Positions 1-9,548 of a DNA stretch of 64,000 bases are shown piece after piece. The stretch covers positions 3,008,001 through 3,072,000 of the forward strand of contig OZ241863.1 of assembly GCA_965203055.1 (NCBI GenBank), in the 5' to 3' direction. A program made the translations under genes and the position numbers. The stretch's first letter is position 1. Each line of letters opens with the position of its first letter. This DNA is from Spirochaetia bacterium (GTDB lineage Bacteria; Spirochaetota; Spirochaetia; SZUA-6; Bin103). The notes beneath the pieces were generated by a model, which worked only from the letters and a program-made list of their open reading frames with translations, was not told the DNA's origin and did no database searches.

Positions 1-1005
1 GGCGGGACCTGCGGCGTCTGCCGCTGCCAGGTGCTGTCCGGCGGCGGCGACATCCTGCCGACCGAGCAGCAGCACATCAACTTCCGCGACGCCAAGGAGA
101 ACTGGCGGCTGTCGTGCCAGGTGAAGGTGCGCGACGACCTGCAGGTGCAGGTGCCGGACGAGGTGTTCTCCATCAACAAGTGGCAGTGCGAGGTGATCTC
201 CAACGACAGCGTGGCCACGTTCATCCGCGAGTTCGTGCTGCGCATGCCGGAGGGCGAGGAGCTCAACCACAAGTCGGGCGGCTACATTCAGATCGAGGTG
301 CCGCCCTACGAGATCGACTTCGCCAAGGATATCGAGGTCGAGCAGGAGTACCGCGAGGACTGGGAGAAGATGAACCTGTTCGCCCTGGGCGCCAAGAACA
401 CGCTGCCGATTCAGCGCGCCTACTCGATGGCCAACCACCCGGCCGAGGGCAACATCGTGATGCTCAACGTGCGCATCGCCACCCCGCCGCGCGGCATGCA
501 GGTGCAGCCGGGGCTGGCCTCCTCCTACGTGTACGCCCGCAAGCCGGGCGACGTGGTGACCATTTCCGGCCCCTACGGCGAGTTCTTCATCCAGGACACC
601 GAGCGTGAGATGTGCTACATCGGCGGCGGCGCCGGCATGGCCCCGTTGCGCGCCCACATCTTCCACCTGTTCCATACCTTGCAGACCGGGCGCAAGGTCT
701 CCTACTGGTACGGCGCGCGCTCCAAGCGGGAGATCTTCTACGAAGACCACTTCCGCGCCATCGAGGAGAAGTTTCCCAACTTCAGCTTTCACATCGCGCT
801 GTCCGAACCGCTGCCGGAGGACAACTGGGACGGTCCGGTGGGCTTCATCCATCAGGTGGTGCTGAACGAGTACCTGGGCAAGCACGAGGCGCCGGAGGAC
901 GTCGAGTACTACCTGTGCGGTCCGCCGCTCATGCTCTCCGCGGTGCAGAAGATGCTCTACGATCTCGGCGTCGAACCCGAGATGATCCGTTACGACGAGT
1001 TCTGA
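1..1005 (+). CDS. nqrF: Na+-translocating NADH:quinone reductase subunit F (5' truncated by window)
   Basis: 2Fe-2S cysteines (GGTCGVCRC...RLSCQ), RAYSMAN FAD motif, [11 protein letters not shown] motif, YYLCGPP, C-terminal YDEF. Confidence 0.95.
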   Translation, partial: GGTCGVCRCQVLSGGGDILPTEQQHINFRDAKENWRLSCQVKVRDDLQVQVPDEVFSINKWQCEVISNDSVATFIREFVLRMPEGEELNHKSGGYIQIEVPPYEIDFAKDIEVEQEYREDWEKMNLFALGAKNTLPIQRAYSMANHPAEGNIVMLNVRIATPPRGMQVQPGLASSYVYARKPGDVVTISGPYGEFFIQDTEREMCYIGGGAGMAPLRAHIFHLFHTLQTGRKVSYWYGARSKREIFYEDHFRAIEEKFPNFSFHIALSEPLPEDNWDGPVGFIHQVVLNEYLGKHEAPEDVEYYLCGPPLMLSAVQKMLYDLGVEPEMIRYDEF

Positions 1006-1108
1006 TCTGGCTGCTACCCGGCGCAGCGGTGAGAACGGCGCGGCGGCCGGCTGCAGCTCCCCGCCGCTGGAGCAGATCTACGGGCCGATTGCGGCCGACC
1101 TGGAGCTG

Positions 1109-1978
1109 GTGGAGGCCGGCCTGGAGCGCCAGATTCGGTCGCTCGCCGAGCAGCACGAGAAGTTGATCGAGCGGCACGCCTACCTCAATCAGGTGGTCGC
1201 TGCGCTCAGCGCGATGCGCGGCAAGCTGCTGCGCCCGGCGCTGGTGCTGTTCAGCGGCCGCGCCGTTACGGGAGCGAGCGGGCCGCGGGGCGCGGATGGC
1301 GCGCGCAGCGCCGCCGGCCCCCCGCTCATCGCCCTCGCGGTGGCCGCCGAACTGGTGCACGCCGCCTCGTTGATTCACGACGACATCATCGATCGCGCCT
1401 TCGTCCGGCGCCACCACACCGCGCTCTACCGCGAATTCGGAACCGCCATCGCCGTCCTGGTGGGGGACGTGCTGTACGCGCAGTTCTTTACGTTGATTTC
1501 GGAGCTGCCGCTGCCTGCCGCGCAGCGCCTGCGGCTGGTGCGGTTGTTCTGCGCGGTCACCAAGACCATGAGCCAGGGCGAGATCTTCCAGCACGGCGCC
1601 AGGCGCTACGAGCTGGACCTTACCGTCGACGACTACCTGGCGATCATTCGCAGCAAGACCGCGGCGTTGATGTCCGCCTGTTGCGCGGCCGGCGCGCTGG
1701 TAGGCGGCGGCCGCGAGGCGCAGATCACCTCCGCCGGCGAGTTCGGTCTCCAGTTCGGACTCGTGTTCCAGTTGATCGACGACCAGATGGACCAGGACAC
1801 CCCGGCCGCCGGCAGTCTGGCCCCGGCGGCCCGCGCGCACGCCGCCCGCGCCCGCGCCGCCCTTGCCGCGCTGCCGCCGGGCGAGTCGCGCGCCGCCCTG
1901 GATGCCCTCACCGGCTTCGTGCTCGGCCAACGCGCCGCCGCCGAGGTTGAAGAGGTCGGTAAACTGGTGGCCCGGTAG
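1109..1978 (+). CDS. Polyprenyl diphosphate synthase family protein; frame is open back to ~986, true start may be CTG at 1007
   Basis: GKLLRP, ELVHAASLIHDDIID (FARM), KTAALM, FQLIDDQMD (SARM-like). Confidence 0.88.
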   Translation: MEAGLERQIRSLAEQHEKLIERHAYLNQVVAALSAMRGKLLRPALVLFSGRAVTGASGPRGADGARSAAGPPLIALAVAAELVHAASLIHDDIIDRAFVRRHHTALYREFGTAIAVLVGDVLYAQFFTLISELPLPAAQRLRLVRLFCAVTKTMSQGEIFQHGARRYELDLTVDDYLAIIRSKTAALMSACCAAGALVGGGREAQITSAGEFGLQFGLVFQLIDDQMDQDTPAAGSLAPAARAHAARARAALAALPPGESRAALDALTGFVLGQRAAAEVEEVGKLVAR

Positions 1979-2158
1979 CCGCCCCGAAATCGGTCGAGAG
2001 CAGCCGGCGGCCGTCCGGACGAAGCCGTGCGGCCTCCCGGCCCCGTCCTTGCGGCGCCCTGCGTCGGCGCTTCATTGATAGAATTCGGGTTACCGCCTAT
2101 ACTGCCGTGCTGCCGGCCTGTGACCGGTCCGGTAAGGACATTCCAAAGGAGCGTCTCA

Positions 2159-3424
2159 ATGAAGAAGCTGTTGCTCACACTCGTCGTGATGGTTGCCGCG
2201 GCAGGGTTCGCCGCCGCCGGCGCCGAGGGCGAAGGTTCCCAGGCGGAGGACGTGACCGTGACCATGTACAAGTGGGGTCTTCCGGCGGGCCAGGAAAACT
2301 GGAGCGAGTTGGAGGGGCTCATTACCGCGGCCACCGGGGTCGACGTAGAGCTGATTCAGGCGCCGACTTCGTTCACCGACTATCAGACCAAGGTCGCCAC
2401 CTTGTTGGCCTCCGGCGACACCAGCATCGATCTGTTCGATGTTGATGAGTACATCACCTACGGCAATATCCTGGGAGGGTTCTTCGAGCCGCTCAACGAC
2501 ATCTTCTCGCCGGAAGATCTCGCCGCCTATCCCAAGAACTACATGGACCAGATGGCGACCTACGAAGGCGACATCATCGGCGTGCCCCATTCCTTCAGTT
2601 GGTTCCCGATGTATCTGAACAAGAGGTTGCTCGATGAAGCCGGTCTGGCCATTCCCACAACCGGTGAGGACTACCTGGAGATGACCAAGGTTCTCACCAA
2701 GGATGACGTGTTCGGATTTGGCGACGGTTGGGCCAAGGGCTTCATCACCAACTTCCTCCAGTACATCATCTACGTGCACGGCGGTGACTACTTCGACTGG
2801 GACGATCAGGGCACCCGGGATGCGATCAAGCTGATGTACGACCTGATCAATACCTACGAAGTCGCGCCTCGGGCGATTCTCGCGGATGACTATGGCGCGC
2901 TGGGGCAAAAGCTGCTCGACGGCAAGTTCGCCTCCTCGATTACCTGGGACTGGATCGTCTCCGTAGCGGTAAGCCAGGGCAAGTACGGCTCCGAGCTCAT
3001 CGTCGCGCCGACCCCGAAATGGTCAGACGATCCGGACAGCGACATCACTCTCATGGGCGCTTGGCTCTACGTCCTGACCGCCGCTTCGGAGCGCACGGAC
3101 GCGGCCAAGAAGGTCCTCGGATACATGCTTTCGGAGGAAGCTGCCACCGCTCACTCGAGGATGACCGGCAACGCCGTGCCGCTCAGAAGCGATTCGCTGG
3201 AGGAGCCGATCTTCAACGATCCGGCCGTATGGCCCGCTTCTTCGATCCTCAAGGACATGAACGCCCGCGACAAGCTGTGGGCGCGGCCGATGGCCGGCCG
3301 AATGAGCGACATAATGGACAGCGTCGAGAATCCCCTCAACGAGTACTTCAACAACAACATCGACCTGGAGGAGGCGGTCAAGAGGGCCAACAGAGAGCTC
3401 GACAGACTGTTGGGCAGCCGCTAG
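2159..3424 (+). CDS. Carbohydrate ABC transporter substrate-binding protein (family 1)
   Basis: AAGGAG RBS, signal peptide MKKLLLTLVVMVAAAGFA, SBP_bac_1-like motifs, followed by two CUT1 permeases. Confidence 0.9.
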   Translation: MKKLLLTLVVMVAAAGFAAAGAEGEGSQAEDVTVTMYKWGLPAGQENWSELEGLITAATGVDVELIQAPTSFTDYQTKVATLLASGDTSIDLFDVDEYITYGNILGGFFEPLNDIFSPEDLAAYPKNYMDQMATYEGDIIGVPHSFSWFPMYLNKRLLDEAGLAIPTTGEDYLEMTKVLTKDDVFGFGDGWAKGFITNFLQYIIYVHGGDYFDWDDQGTRDAIKLMYDLINTYEVAPRAILADDYGALGQKLLDGKFASSITWDWIVSVAVSQGKYGSELIVAPTPKWSDDPDSDITLMGAWLYVLTAASERTDAAKKVLGYMLSEEAATAHSRMTGNAVPLRSDSLEEPIFNDPAVWPASSILKDMNARDKLWARPMAGRMSDIMDSVENPLNEYFNNNIDLEEAVKRANRELDRLLGSR

Positions 3425-3454
3425 GTCAAGGCCCAACCCGTCCCAAGCGTCACT

Positions 3455-3488
3455 GGCGCGCCCTTCCGCTTCGCGCGGGGGGCGCGCC
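3455..3488 (+). terminator. Strong intergenic stem-loop between SBP and permease (mRNA stabiliser or partial terminator)
   Basis: GGCGCGCCCTTCCGC-TTCGC-GCGGGGGGCGCGCC inverted repeat; no U-tract. Confidence 0.55.
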
Positions 3489-3507
3489 TGCGTACAAGAG
3501 GCCCAAA

Positions 3508-4386
3508 GTGCATAATCTCCGGGCGAAGAAGTTGCTCATCGCCTGGCTGCTGGTACTGCCGGTGCTCGTGATCCGGCTGGCCACGACCGCGTATCCGACG
3601 TTCTCGGTCTTCTGGTACAGTCTGAGAGATTACAGCTTTCTGCTGCGGATCAACGAGTTCTCCGGCTTCGAGAACGCTTTCTACCTTCTTACCGATCCCA
3701 AGATCGGAAGCGCGTTTTCCTTTACCTTCACGTTTACCGTCGTCTCCATCACTCTGATGCTGTTTGGAGGCATCGCGCTGGCCCATCTGCTCAACGTCCA
3801 ATTCGGAGGCCGCAGGTTTCTGCGCACCACGGCTCTCATACCATGGGCGCTGCCGATGATCGTGGCCGGCATCGCGGCTCGCTGGGCGTTCAACGACGTC
3901 TATGGGATCGTGAACGACCTCGTCCGCCGTTTCGCCGCCGATTTTCACTACGACTGGCTCGTTTCTCCGGTCGGCGCGCAGACCGCGATAATCGCGGTAG
4001 ACTTCTGGAAGAACGTCTCCTTCTTCGCCATTCTTACCCTGGCCGGCTTGCAGAACGTTCCATCCGAGCTGTATGAATCGGCCAAGATAGACGGCGCGGG
4101 CCCCGTCACTCTGCTCGTCCGCATTACCCTCCCGCACATCCGGCGAACCCTGATAATCGTCACCCTCTTCTTCATCATGTGGAGGCTGTCGAGCTTCGAT
4201 ATTGTGTACGCGATGACACAGGGAGGGCCGGGTTCGTCCACCTCGCTGTTGGCGTATCGCATGTATGAGGAGGCGTTCAAGAACTTGAACATCGGCTACG
4301 CCTCTTCGATTGCGGTCGCGCTCTTCGTCATCATGGCGGTTGCCGGCGGCGCCGGCATCCTGCTCTACCGGCGGGTGGACTATTGA
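3508..4386 (+). CDS. Carbohydrate ABC transporter permease (MalF/UgpA-like)
   Basis: Multiple TM segments, EAA motif ELYESAKIDGA, MTQGGPG. Confidence 0.92.
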   Translation: MHNLRAKKLLIAWLLVLPVLVIRLATTAYPTFSVFWYSLRDYSFLLRINEFSGFENAFYLLTDPKIGSAFSFTFTFTVVSITLMLFGGIALAHLLNVQFGGRRFLRTTALIPWALPMIVAGIAARWAFNDVYGIVNDLVRRFAADFHYDWLVSPVGAQTAIIAVDFWKNVSFFAILTLAGLQNVPSELYESAKIDGAGPVTLLVRITLPHIRRTLIIVTLFFIMWRLSSFDIVYAMTQGGPGSSTSLLAYRMYEEAFKNLNIGYASSIAVALFVIMAVAGGAGILLYRRVDY

Positions 4387-5228
4387 TGACCGGCAGGAGG
4401 ACGCTGCGGCGGGCGCTCCTGATCGCCGTCACGATGGCGGTCGCGTTCATCGTGCTGTGGCCGATGTATTGGATTCTGATCTCCTCCCTCAAGCCTCCGG
4501 CCAGGCTGTTTTCTTCGCCGATCGAGTATTTTCCGTTGGCGTTGACCCTGGACAACTACCGCACGTTGTTCAGTGGAATGGATATCGCGTCGATGGCCGC
4601 GGCGACCGGTGTGATCACCGCATTCTCGCTCGTCGTGACGATGGCCATCTGCACCGCCGCGGGGTACGCGTTCGCACGCTTCGACAACAAGCTGGTACTG
4701 CTGGCGTTCGGGTTCGTCATCTTCTCGGCGATGGTGCCTTTCGTCATTTCCATCGTACCGATGTACGTCTTCATCAGGGCTCTCGGCCTGGTGGACACCT
4801 ACGCCGGTCTGGTGCTCCTGTATACCAGCAATCTGATACCGTTCACCGTCGCCGTCATGACCGGTTTCATCAAGCAGATTCCGGTGACCATAGAGGAGGC
4901 CGCGGAAGTCGACGGCGCCGGTATGATGACCATCATCGTCCGCGTCGTGGGACCGTTGCTGAAACCCGCAATCGCGACGGTGGCGATAATCAACTTCATC
5001 ATCAACATGAACGAGTTCTTCATTCCGCTGATATTCACGATCCGGAAGATCGTCCCGCTGGCGGTCGGGATCACCAAGGTACCCCGGAACGTGGCCAGTC
5101 ACCACGTGGAGCCGTGGGACATGATCAGCGCGATGGGCATTCTGATCATGGCGCCGATCGTGATATTCGTGGTCATCTTCGAGAAGAGAATCTTGAGCGG
5201 CTTGATGGCGGGCAGCATAAAGGAGTAG
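4383..5228 (+). CDS. Carbohydrate ABC transporter permease (MalG/UgpE-like)
   Basis: EAA motif IEEAAEVDGA, AGYAFAR, C-terminal GLMAGSIKE. Confidence 0.92.
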   Translation: MMTGRRTLRRALLIAVTMAVAFIVLWPMYWILISSLKPPARLFSSPIEYFPLALTLDNYRTLFSGMDIASMAAATGVITAFSLVVTMAICTAAGYAFARFDNKLVLLAFGFVIFSAMVPFVISIVPMYVFIRALGLVDTYAGLVLLYTSNLIPFTVAVMTGFIKQIPVTIEEAAEVDGAGMMTIIVRVVGPLLKPAIATVAIINFIINMNEFFIPLIFTIRKIVPLAVGITKVPRNVASHHVEPWDMISAMGILIMAPIVIFVVIFEKRILSGLMAGSIKE

Positions 5229-5229
5229 C

Positions 5230-6045
5230 GTGCCCCGCCGGCGTCGAATCTCGTCTGCCATCGTCATTTCGGCCGTAGGCGCAGTCGCCGCGCCGGTCGC
5301 CCTGCTCTTCGCCGTGCCGTTCGAAACGACTCTCGAGTTTCGCATCAGAGATCGCGTAAGCGGAGGGGCGGTCTGGAACGCTACCGTGACGCTCCAGGAC
5401 CGCTTCCTGCGCACGTACTACGCGGGAGGCGGAGAGTCTCTGGTGTTTACGCGACTCGACCCGGGGCAGGCGACGCTGGAGGTCTCGGCGCCCGACTATC
5501 AGTCCATGAGCGTGCCGGTCACACTCAGGCGCGGAAGGAACCGGATCGACGAACCAATCGACATGATCGGATTGAGGATACCCGATCTGTCACACTTCAT
5601 CTTGTCAGAAGACTTCTCAGGATCGAATCGGTACGCCGCCATCTGGCCGATCAGCAACCGGGGACCGGCGGTTGTCAACCACCCGGCGCTCGACCTGTGG
5701 ATCGGCGCGCGTATTTCGTCGCAGCTATCCGGCGCGATCCGCGGCGAAACTCTCTTTGCCGGGGAGATCGAATGGAGTTGGGACCATTCCCCGGACGCAT
5801 TGTCGCGGTATCGAGCGCGGATTCCACTCGAAGAGATCGAGGAACGTGGAGCCGTCACGTTCGTAATCGACTATCTCCTGATAGTACCCGACCCGCTTGC
5901 AATCGAGCGCGATGAGGTGGCCGCAATCGTGACTGCCGCGTGGACGGAGCTCGACGCGCCGGCCGCCCTGGCGCCATACTTGGCGCAATACGTCGATCGG
6001 TTCGACGTCTACGTTCATACTTCGTGGAATCTGAGTAGACCGTGA
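5230..6045 (+). CDS. Hypothetical membrane-anchored protein with carboxypeptidase-regulatory/PEGA-like N-terminal domain
   Basis: N-terminal hydrophobic segment; pattern IRDRVSG..VWNATVTL...LDPGQATLEVSAPDY; starts 1 nt after permease stop. Confidence 0.6.
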   Translation: MPRRRRISSAIVISAVGAVAAPVALLFAVPFETTLEFRIRDRVSGGAVWNATVTLQDRFLRTYYAGGGESLVFTRLDPGQATLEVSAPDYQSMSVPVTLRRGRNRIDEPIDMIGLRIPDLSHFILSEDFSGSNRYAAIWPISNRGPAVVNHPALDLWIGARISSQLSGAIRGETLFAGEIEWSWDHSPDALSRYRARIPLEEIEERGAVTFVIDYLLIVPDPLAIERDEVAAIVTAAWTELDAPAALAPYLAQYVDRFDVYVHTSWNLSRP

Positions 6046-7376
6046 GACCTGTCGCGTGCGCGGCGCTGATCGCCGCGGTCGCAATCGCCGCTCAGGGGGA
6101 CACCCACGACCGTGATGAGCAGCTCGTCCACTCCCTCACGGTATTCAACGGAAGCGGCTATTCCTCGACCTTCAGCCCCGAGTCCTCCGACACCATCTAT
6201 CTGCTCGCGGACATCGACAACTTCCTTGCGCTCCGAAAGACGTTCGTGCACTACCGTCCGGCGGACGACGCGCTGAAGATCGACACCGCGCTCCTCGACG
6301 CGACCGTGGAAGGCGTTCTCGAGATCTCGAGAGACGCCGGCGATTCGGAATATCTCCTGATGGAGGATTACACCTACTACAAGCTGCGGAGTAACGGCGC
6401 AGCCGACTGGCGCGCCGCTACCGGGCCTGAGGCTCACCTCGTCTACCTCGACTATACGGAACAGCTCCGCAGGTATCGGGAAGGAATAGATGACTACCGG
6501 CTCGATCGCGCCACCTACGACTACATGGTCAACGAGCTGGAAAGACGAATCGGGGAACAACGACAGACCGGCGGCGACATCGCCAGGCTGGAAGAAGTTC
6601 TACGGGGTCTTGCCGCTCCGGCCAGGCCCCGGTTTCCCGATGAGTACGCGGCCCCTCCTGTTCGCGTCGACCGCGCATTCGTAGTGAATCTCCCGGCCGG
6701 CAGCTACCGGACGCGACTCGTCAGCCGCGACGGGAGAATACTGGAAGGATCGGAAAAGACGGTCGTGGCGTTTGGCCGGCTTGGGGAGCCGACAGTCGGC
6801 TACGAGGTAATCCCGGGGGATAAGTGGAACCGTCCCGTTGAGTCGAGATCAAGCGATTCGGTCATCTATATCGATGGATCGAGCGATCTCTTTCTGATAG
6901 CGTACCACCAGCACGAGTACACCGATCTCTTCTATGAGAAGCTGGTCAGGAACGACGCCAGGGGGAGTCCCGGATTGAGACGGCATGTTTCTTTTCAAGT
7001 CGTCCGCGACGTCCGACTGGCGGTTCTGGATCGAGGCGGACCCGTCACCACGATCGAGGCGCTTCCCTACTTCGTGGATCAGGAGCGGACCGGCTCCTAC
7101 GGATACCGGATCGTCCCGTTCGATGCCGGCGGCGCGCATCTCAATCGCAAACCAGGTTTCGAAGCGTTTCACGTCGAGCAGGATCGTTACGGCACGCGCA
7201 TTCGGGTCGCCCTTGTCGATAGCCGGGGAGGCATCATCGATACCTCGATGCGGCGTATTCGACTGCTGGACGGGTCCCCATCGGCCGGCGCCCTGGTCCC
7301 TCTTGCCTTCCTGCCGTTGGCCGTCGGCGTCGGGGTGGGGATCGTTCGACTGAAGATCACCTCGCGCAAACCTTAG
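6042..7376 (+). CDS. Hypothetical exported protein with central coiled coil and C-terminal TM anchor
   Basis: Signal peptide, C-terminal LVPLAFLPLAVGVGVGIVRLK; GTGA overlap with upstream gene. Confidence 0.65.
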   Translation: MRPVACAALIAAVAIAAQGDTHDRDEQLVHSLTVFNGSGYSSTFSPESSDTIYLLADIDNFLALRKTFVHYRPADDALKIDTALLDATVEGVLEISRDAGDSEYLLMEDYTYYKLRSNGAADWRAATGPEAHLVYLDYTEQLRRYREGIDDYRLDRATYDYMVNELERRIGEQRQTGGDIARLEEVLRGLAAPARPRFPDEYAAPPVRVDRAFVVNLPAGSYRTRLVSRDGRILEGSEKTVVAFGRLGEPTVGYEVIPGDKWNRPVESRSSDSVIYIDGSSDLFLIAYHQHEYTDLFYEKLVRNDARGSPGLRRHVSFQVVRDVRLAVLDRGGPVTTIEALPYFVDQERTGSYGYRIVPFDAGGAHLNRKPGFEAFHVEQDRYGTRIRVALVDSRGGIIDTSMRRIRLLDGSPSAGALVPLAFLPLAVGVGVGIVRLKITSRKP

Positions 7377-7798
7377 CGGAGCAGTTCTTCGCCGCTGAAG
7401 AAGCAGCCGATCTCGGCGGCGGCGTTCCGGTCCGAGTCGGAACCGTGACAGCAGTTGCGCTCGATCGATTCGCCGAACCGGCGCCGGATCGTGCCCGCGG
7501 CCGCCTCGGCGGGGTTGGTGGCGCCCATGGCGCCCCGCCAGGCGGCGACCGCGTCCGGCCCCTCCAGGACCAGGGCGACGGTGGTGCCGGAGGTCATGAA
7601 CGCCACCAGGGACGCGAAGAAGGGGCGCTCGCGGTGCACGGCGTAGAACGCCTCGGCCTGCGCGCGGTTGAGATTGACGCTCTTGACCGCGGCGATCGAC
7701 AGCCCGGCGTCCAGCGCCGCGTCGATGATCTTGCCGGTCAGGCGGCGCGCGAAGGCGTCGGGTTTGATCAGCGCCAGGGTTCTTGATACATTTGCCAC
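7373..7798 (-). CDS. ndk: Nucleoside diphosphate kinase
   Basis: RTLALIKPDA, MGATNP, NCCHGSDS active-site motif. Confidence 0.97.
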   Translation of the reverse strand: MANVSRTLALIKPDAFARRLTGKIIDAALDAGLSIAAVKSVNLNRAQAEAFYAVHRERPFFASLVAFMTSGTTVALVLEGPDAVAAWRGAMGATNPAEAAAGTIRRRFGESIERNCCHGSDSDRNAAAEIGCFFSGEELLR

Positions 7799-7856
7799 GC
7801 CGGTGGTATAGCACGGCCTTCACCCGTCGATCAACGAACGCCGCAGTCAACCATTT

Positions 7857-7904
7857 CAGACCATTTGGTAGGAGTGCGCGAGCGGAGTCCTACATCCTTG
7901 TAGC
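7857..7904 (+). promoter_or_regulatory. Tandem putative enhancer sites (CAGAC-N6-GTAGG, CCTAC-N6-GTAGC) upstream of glnA
   Basis: Two imperfect palindromes 32 bp apart, mirrored upstream of amtB. Confidence 0.65.
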
Positions 7905-7945
7905 TCTCGCGGCGGAACCGCCGGGCAGAAGGCGCGCTTTCGGCA

Positions 7946-7960
7946 TGGCATGGATCTTGC
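7946..7960 (+). promoter_or_regulatory. Sigma54 (-24/-12) promoter of glnA
   Basis: TGGCATGGATCTTGC = TGGCA-N6-TTGC with exact GG-N10-GC spacing. Confidence 0.88.
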
Positions 7961-8010
7961 CTGCATTGTTCGACGCGGTACCCGCGTAAGCGATTCATGA
8001 GGAGGTAACA

Positions 8011-9432
8011 GTGAATCTCAAGACACCTGGCGACGTGATGAAGCTGATCGCCGAGGAAGCGGTCGAGGTGATCGACCTGCGCTTCATGGACTTTCCCGGT
8101 CTGTGGCAGCACTTCTCGATTCCGGCGCGCGAGCTCTCGGAGGACGACTTCGAGGCTGGTCTCGGCTTCGATGGTTCGAGCATCCGCGGCTGGCAGTCGA
8201 TCAACGAGTCCGACATGCTGGTCAAGCCGATCCCCGAGACCGGCTTCATCGACCCGTTCCTGGCCCGCAAGACGCTGGTCCTGATCTGCAACATTTCCGA
8301 TCCGATCACCGGCGAGGACTACACCCGCGACCCGCGCAACATCGCCCGCAAGGCGGAGGCCTACCTGCGCTCCTCGGGCGTGGCGGACATCGCCTACTTC
8401 GGCCCGGAGGCCGAGTTCTTCATCTTCGACGACGTGCGCTTCGACCAGAACGAGCACGAGGGGTACTACCACATCGACTCCGAAGAGGGGCGCTGGAACT
8501 CGGGCCGCGTGGAAAACCCCAACCTCGGCTACAAGCCGCGCTACAAGGAGGGCTACTTCCCGGTACCGCCCACCGACAGCCTGCAGGATCTGCGCAGCGA
8601 GATGATGATGACCCTGGAGAGCATCGGGGTCCTCATCGAGGCGCAGCATCACGAGGTGGCCACCGCCGGTCAGGGCGAGATCGACATGCGCTTCGCGCCA
8701 CTCGTGACCATGGCCGACAACATGCTCAAGTACAAGTACGTGGTCAAGAACACCGCCCGCCGCTACAACAAGACCGCTACCTTCATGCCCAAGCCGCTGC
8801 TCGACGACAACGGCAGCGGGATGCACACCCACATGTCGTTCTGGAAGGGCGGCAGCAACCTGTTCGCCGGCGACGGCTACGCCGGGATGTCGGAGATGGC
8901 GCTGCATGCCATCGGCGGCCTGCTGGCGCACGCGCCGGCGATCATCGCCTTCACCAATCCGACCACCAACAGCTTCAAGCGGCTGGTGCCCGGCTTCGAG
9001 GCGCCGGTGAATCTGGCCTACTCGCGCCGCAACCGCAGCGCCGCGGTGCGGCTGCCGATGTACTCCACCTCGCCCAAGGCCAAGCGCATCGAGTTCCGCT
9101 GTCCGGACGCCTCCTCCAATCCCTATCTGGGGTTCGCGGCCATGCTGATGGCGGCGGTGGACGGCATCGCCAACAAGACCCATCCCGGCGAGCCGCTGGA
9201 TCGCGATCTCTACGACCTGCCGCCGGAGGAGTTGGCCCGGGTGCCGACTACGCCGGGGTCGTTGCGCGACGCGCTGGACGCCCTCAGCAAGGACCACGAT
9301 TTTCTCCTCAAGGGCGACGTGTTCACCGAAGACGTGCTGGAGACCTGGATCGAGTACAAGATGGAGAACGAAGTGACCGCGCTCGACCTGCGGCCGCATC
9401 CGTGGGAGTTCGCCCTCTACTACGACATCTGA
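8011..9432 (+). CDS. glnA: Glutamine synthetase type I-beta
   Basis: [34 protein letters not shown], adenylylation site DLYDLP; GAGGAGG RBS. Confidence 0.98.
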   Translation: MNLKTPGDVMKLIAEEAVEVIDLRFMDFPGLWQHFSIPARELSEDDFEAGLGFDGSSIRGWQSINESDMLVKPIPETGFIDPFLARKTLVLICNISDPITGEDYTRDPRNIARKAEAYLRSSGVADIAYFGPEAEFFIFDDVRFDQNEHEGYYHIDSEEGRWNSGRVENPNLGYKPRYKEGYFPVPPTDSLQDLRSEMMMTLESIGVLIEAQHHEVATAGQGEIDMRFAPLVTMADNMLKYKYVVKNTARRYNKTATFMPKPLLDDNGSGMHTHMSFWKGGSNLFAGDGYAGMSEMALHAIGGLLAHAPAIIAFTNPTTNSFKRLVPGFEAPVNLAYSRRNRSAAVRLPMYSTSPKAKRIEFRCPDASSNPYLGFAAMLMAAVDGIANKTHPGEPLDRDLYDLPPEELARVPTTPGSLRDALDALSKDHDFLLKGDVFTEDVLETWIEYKMENEVTALDLRPHPWEFALYYDI

Positions 9433-9548
9433 GGCAGCATCTGAGACAGCGCAGCGCCGCCGCCGGGTGAGGCCGCGCGGCGCGTTGCGCGTGGCGCGCG
9501 GCGCGCAGGTGACGCAGCCGGGCAGTACCGGTAGCCTGTGGCGTACCG

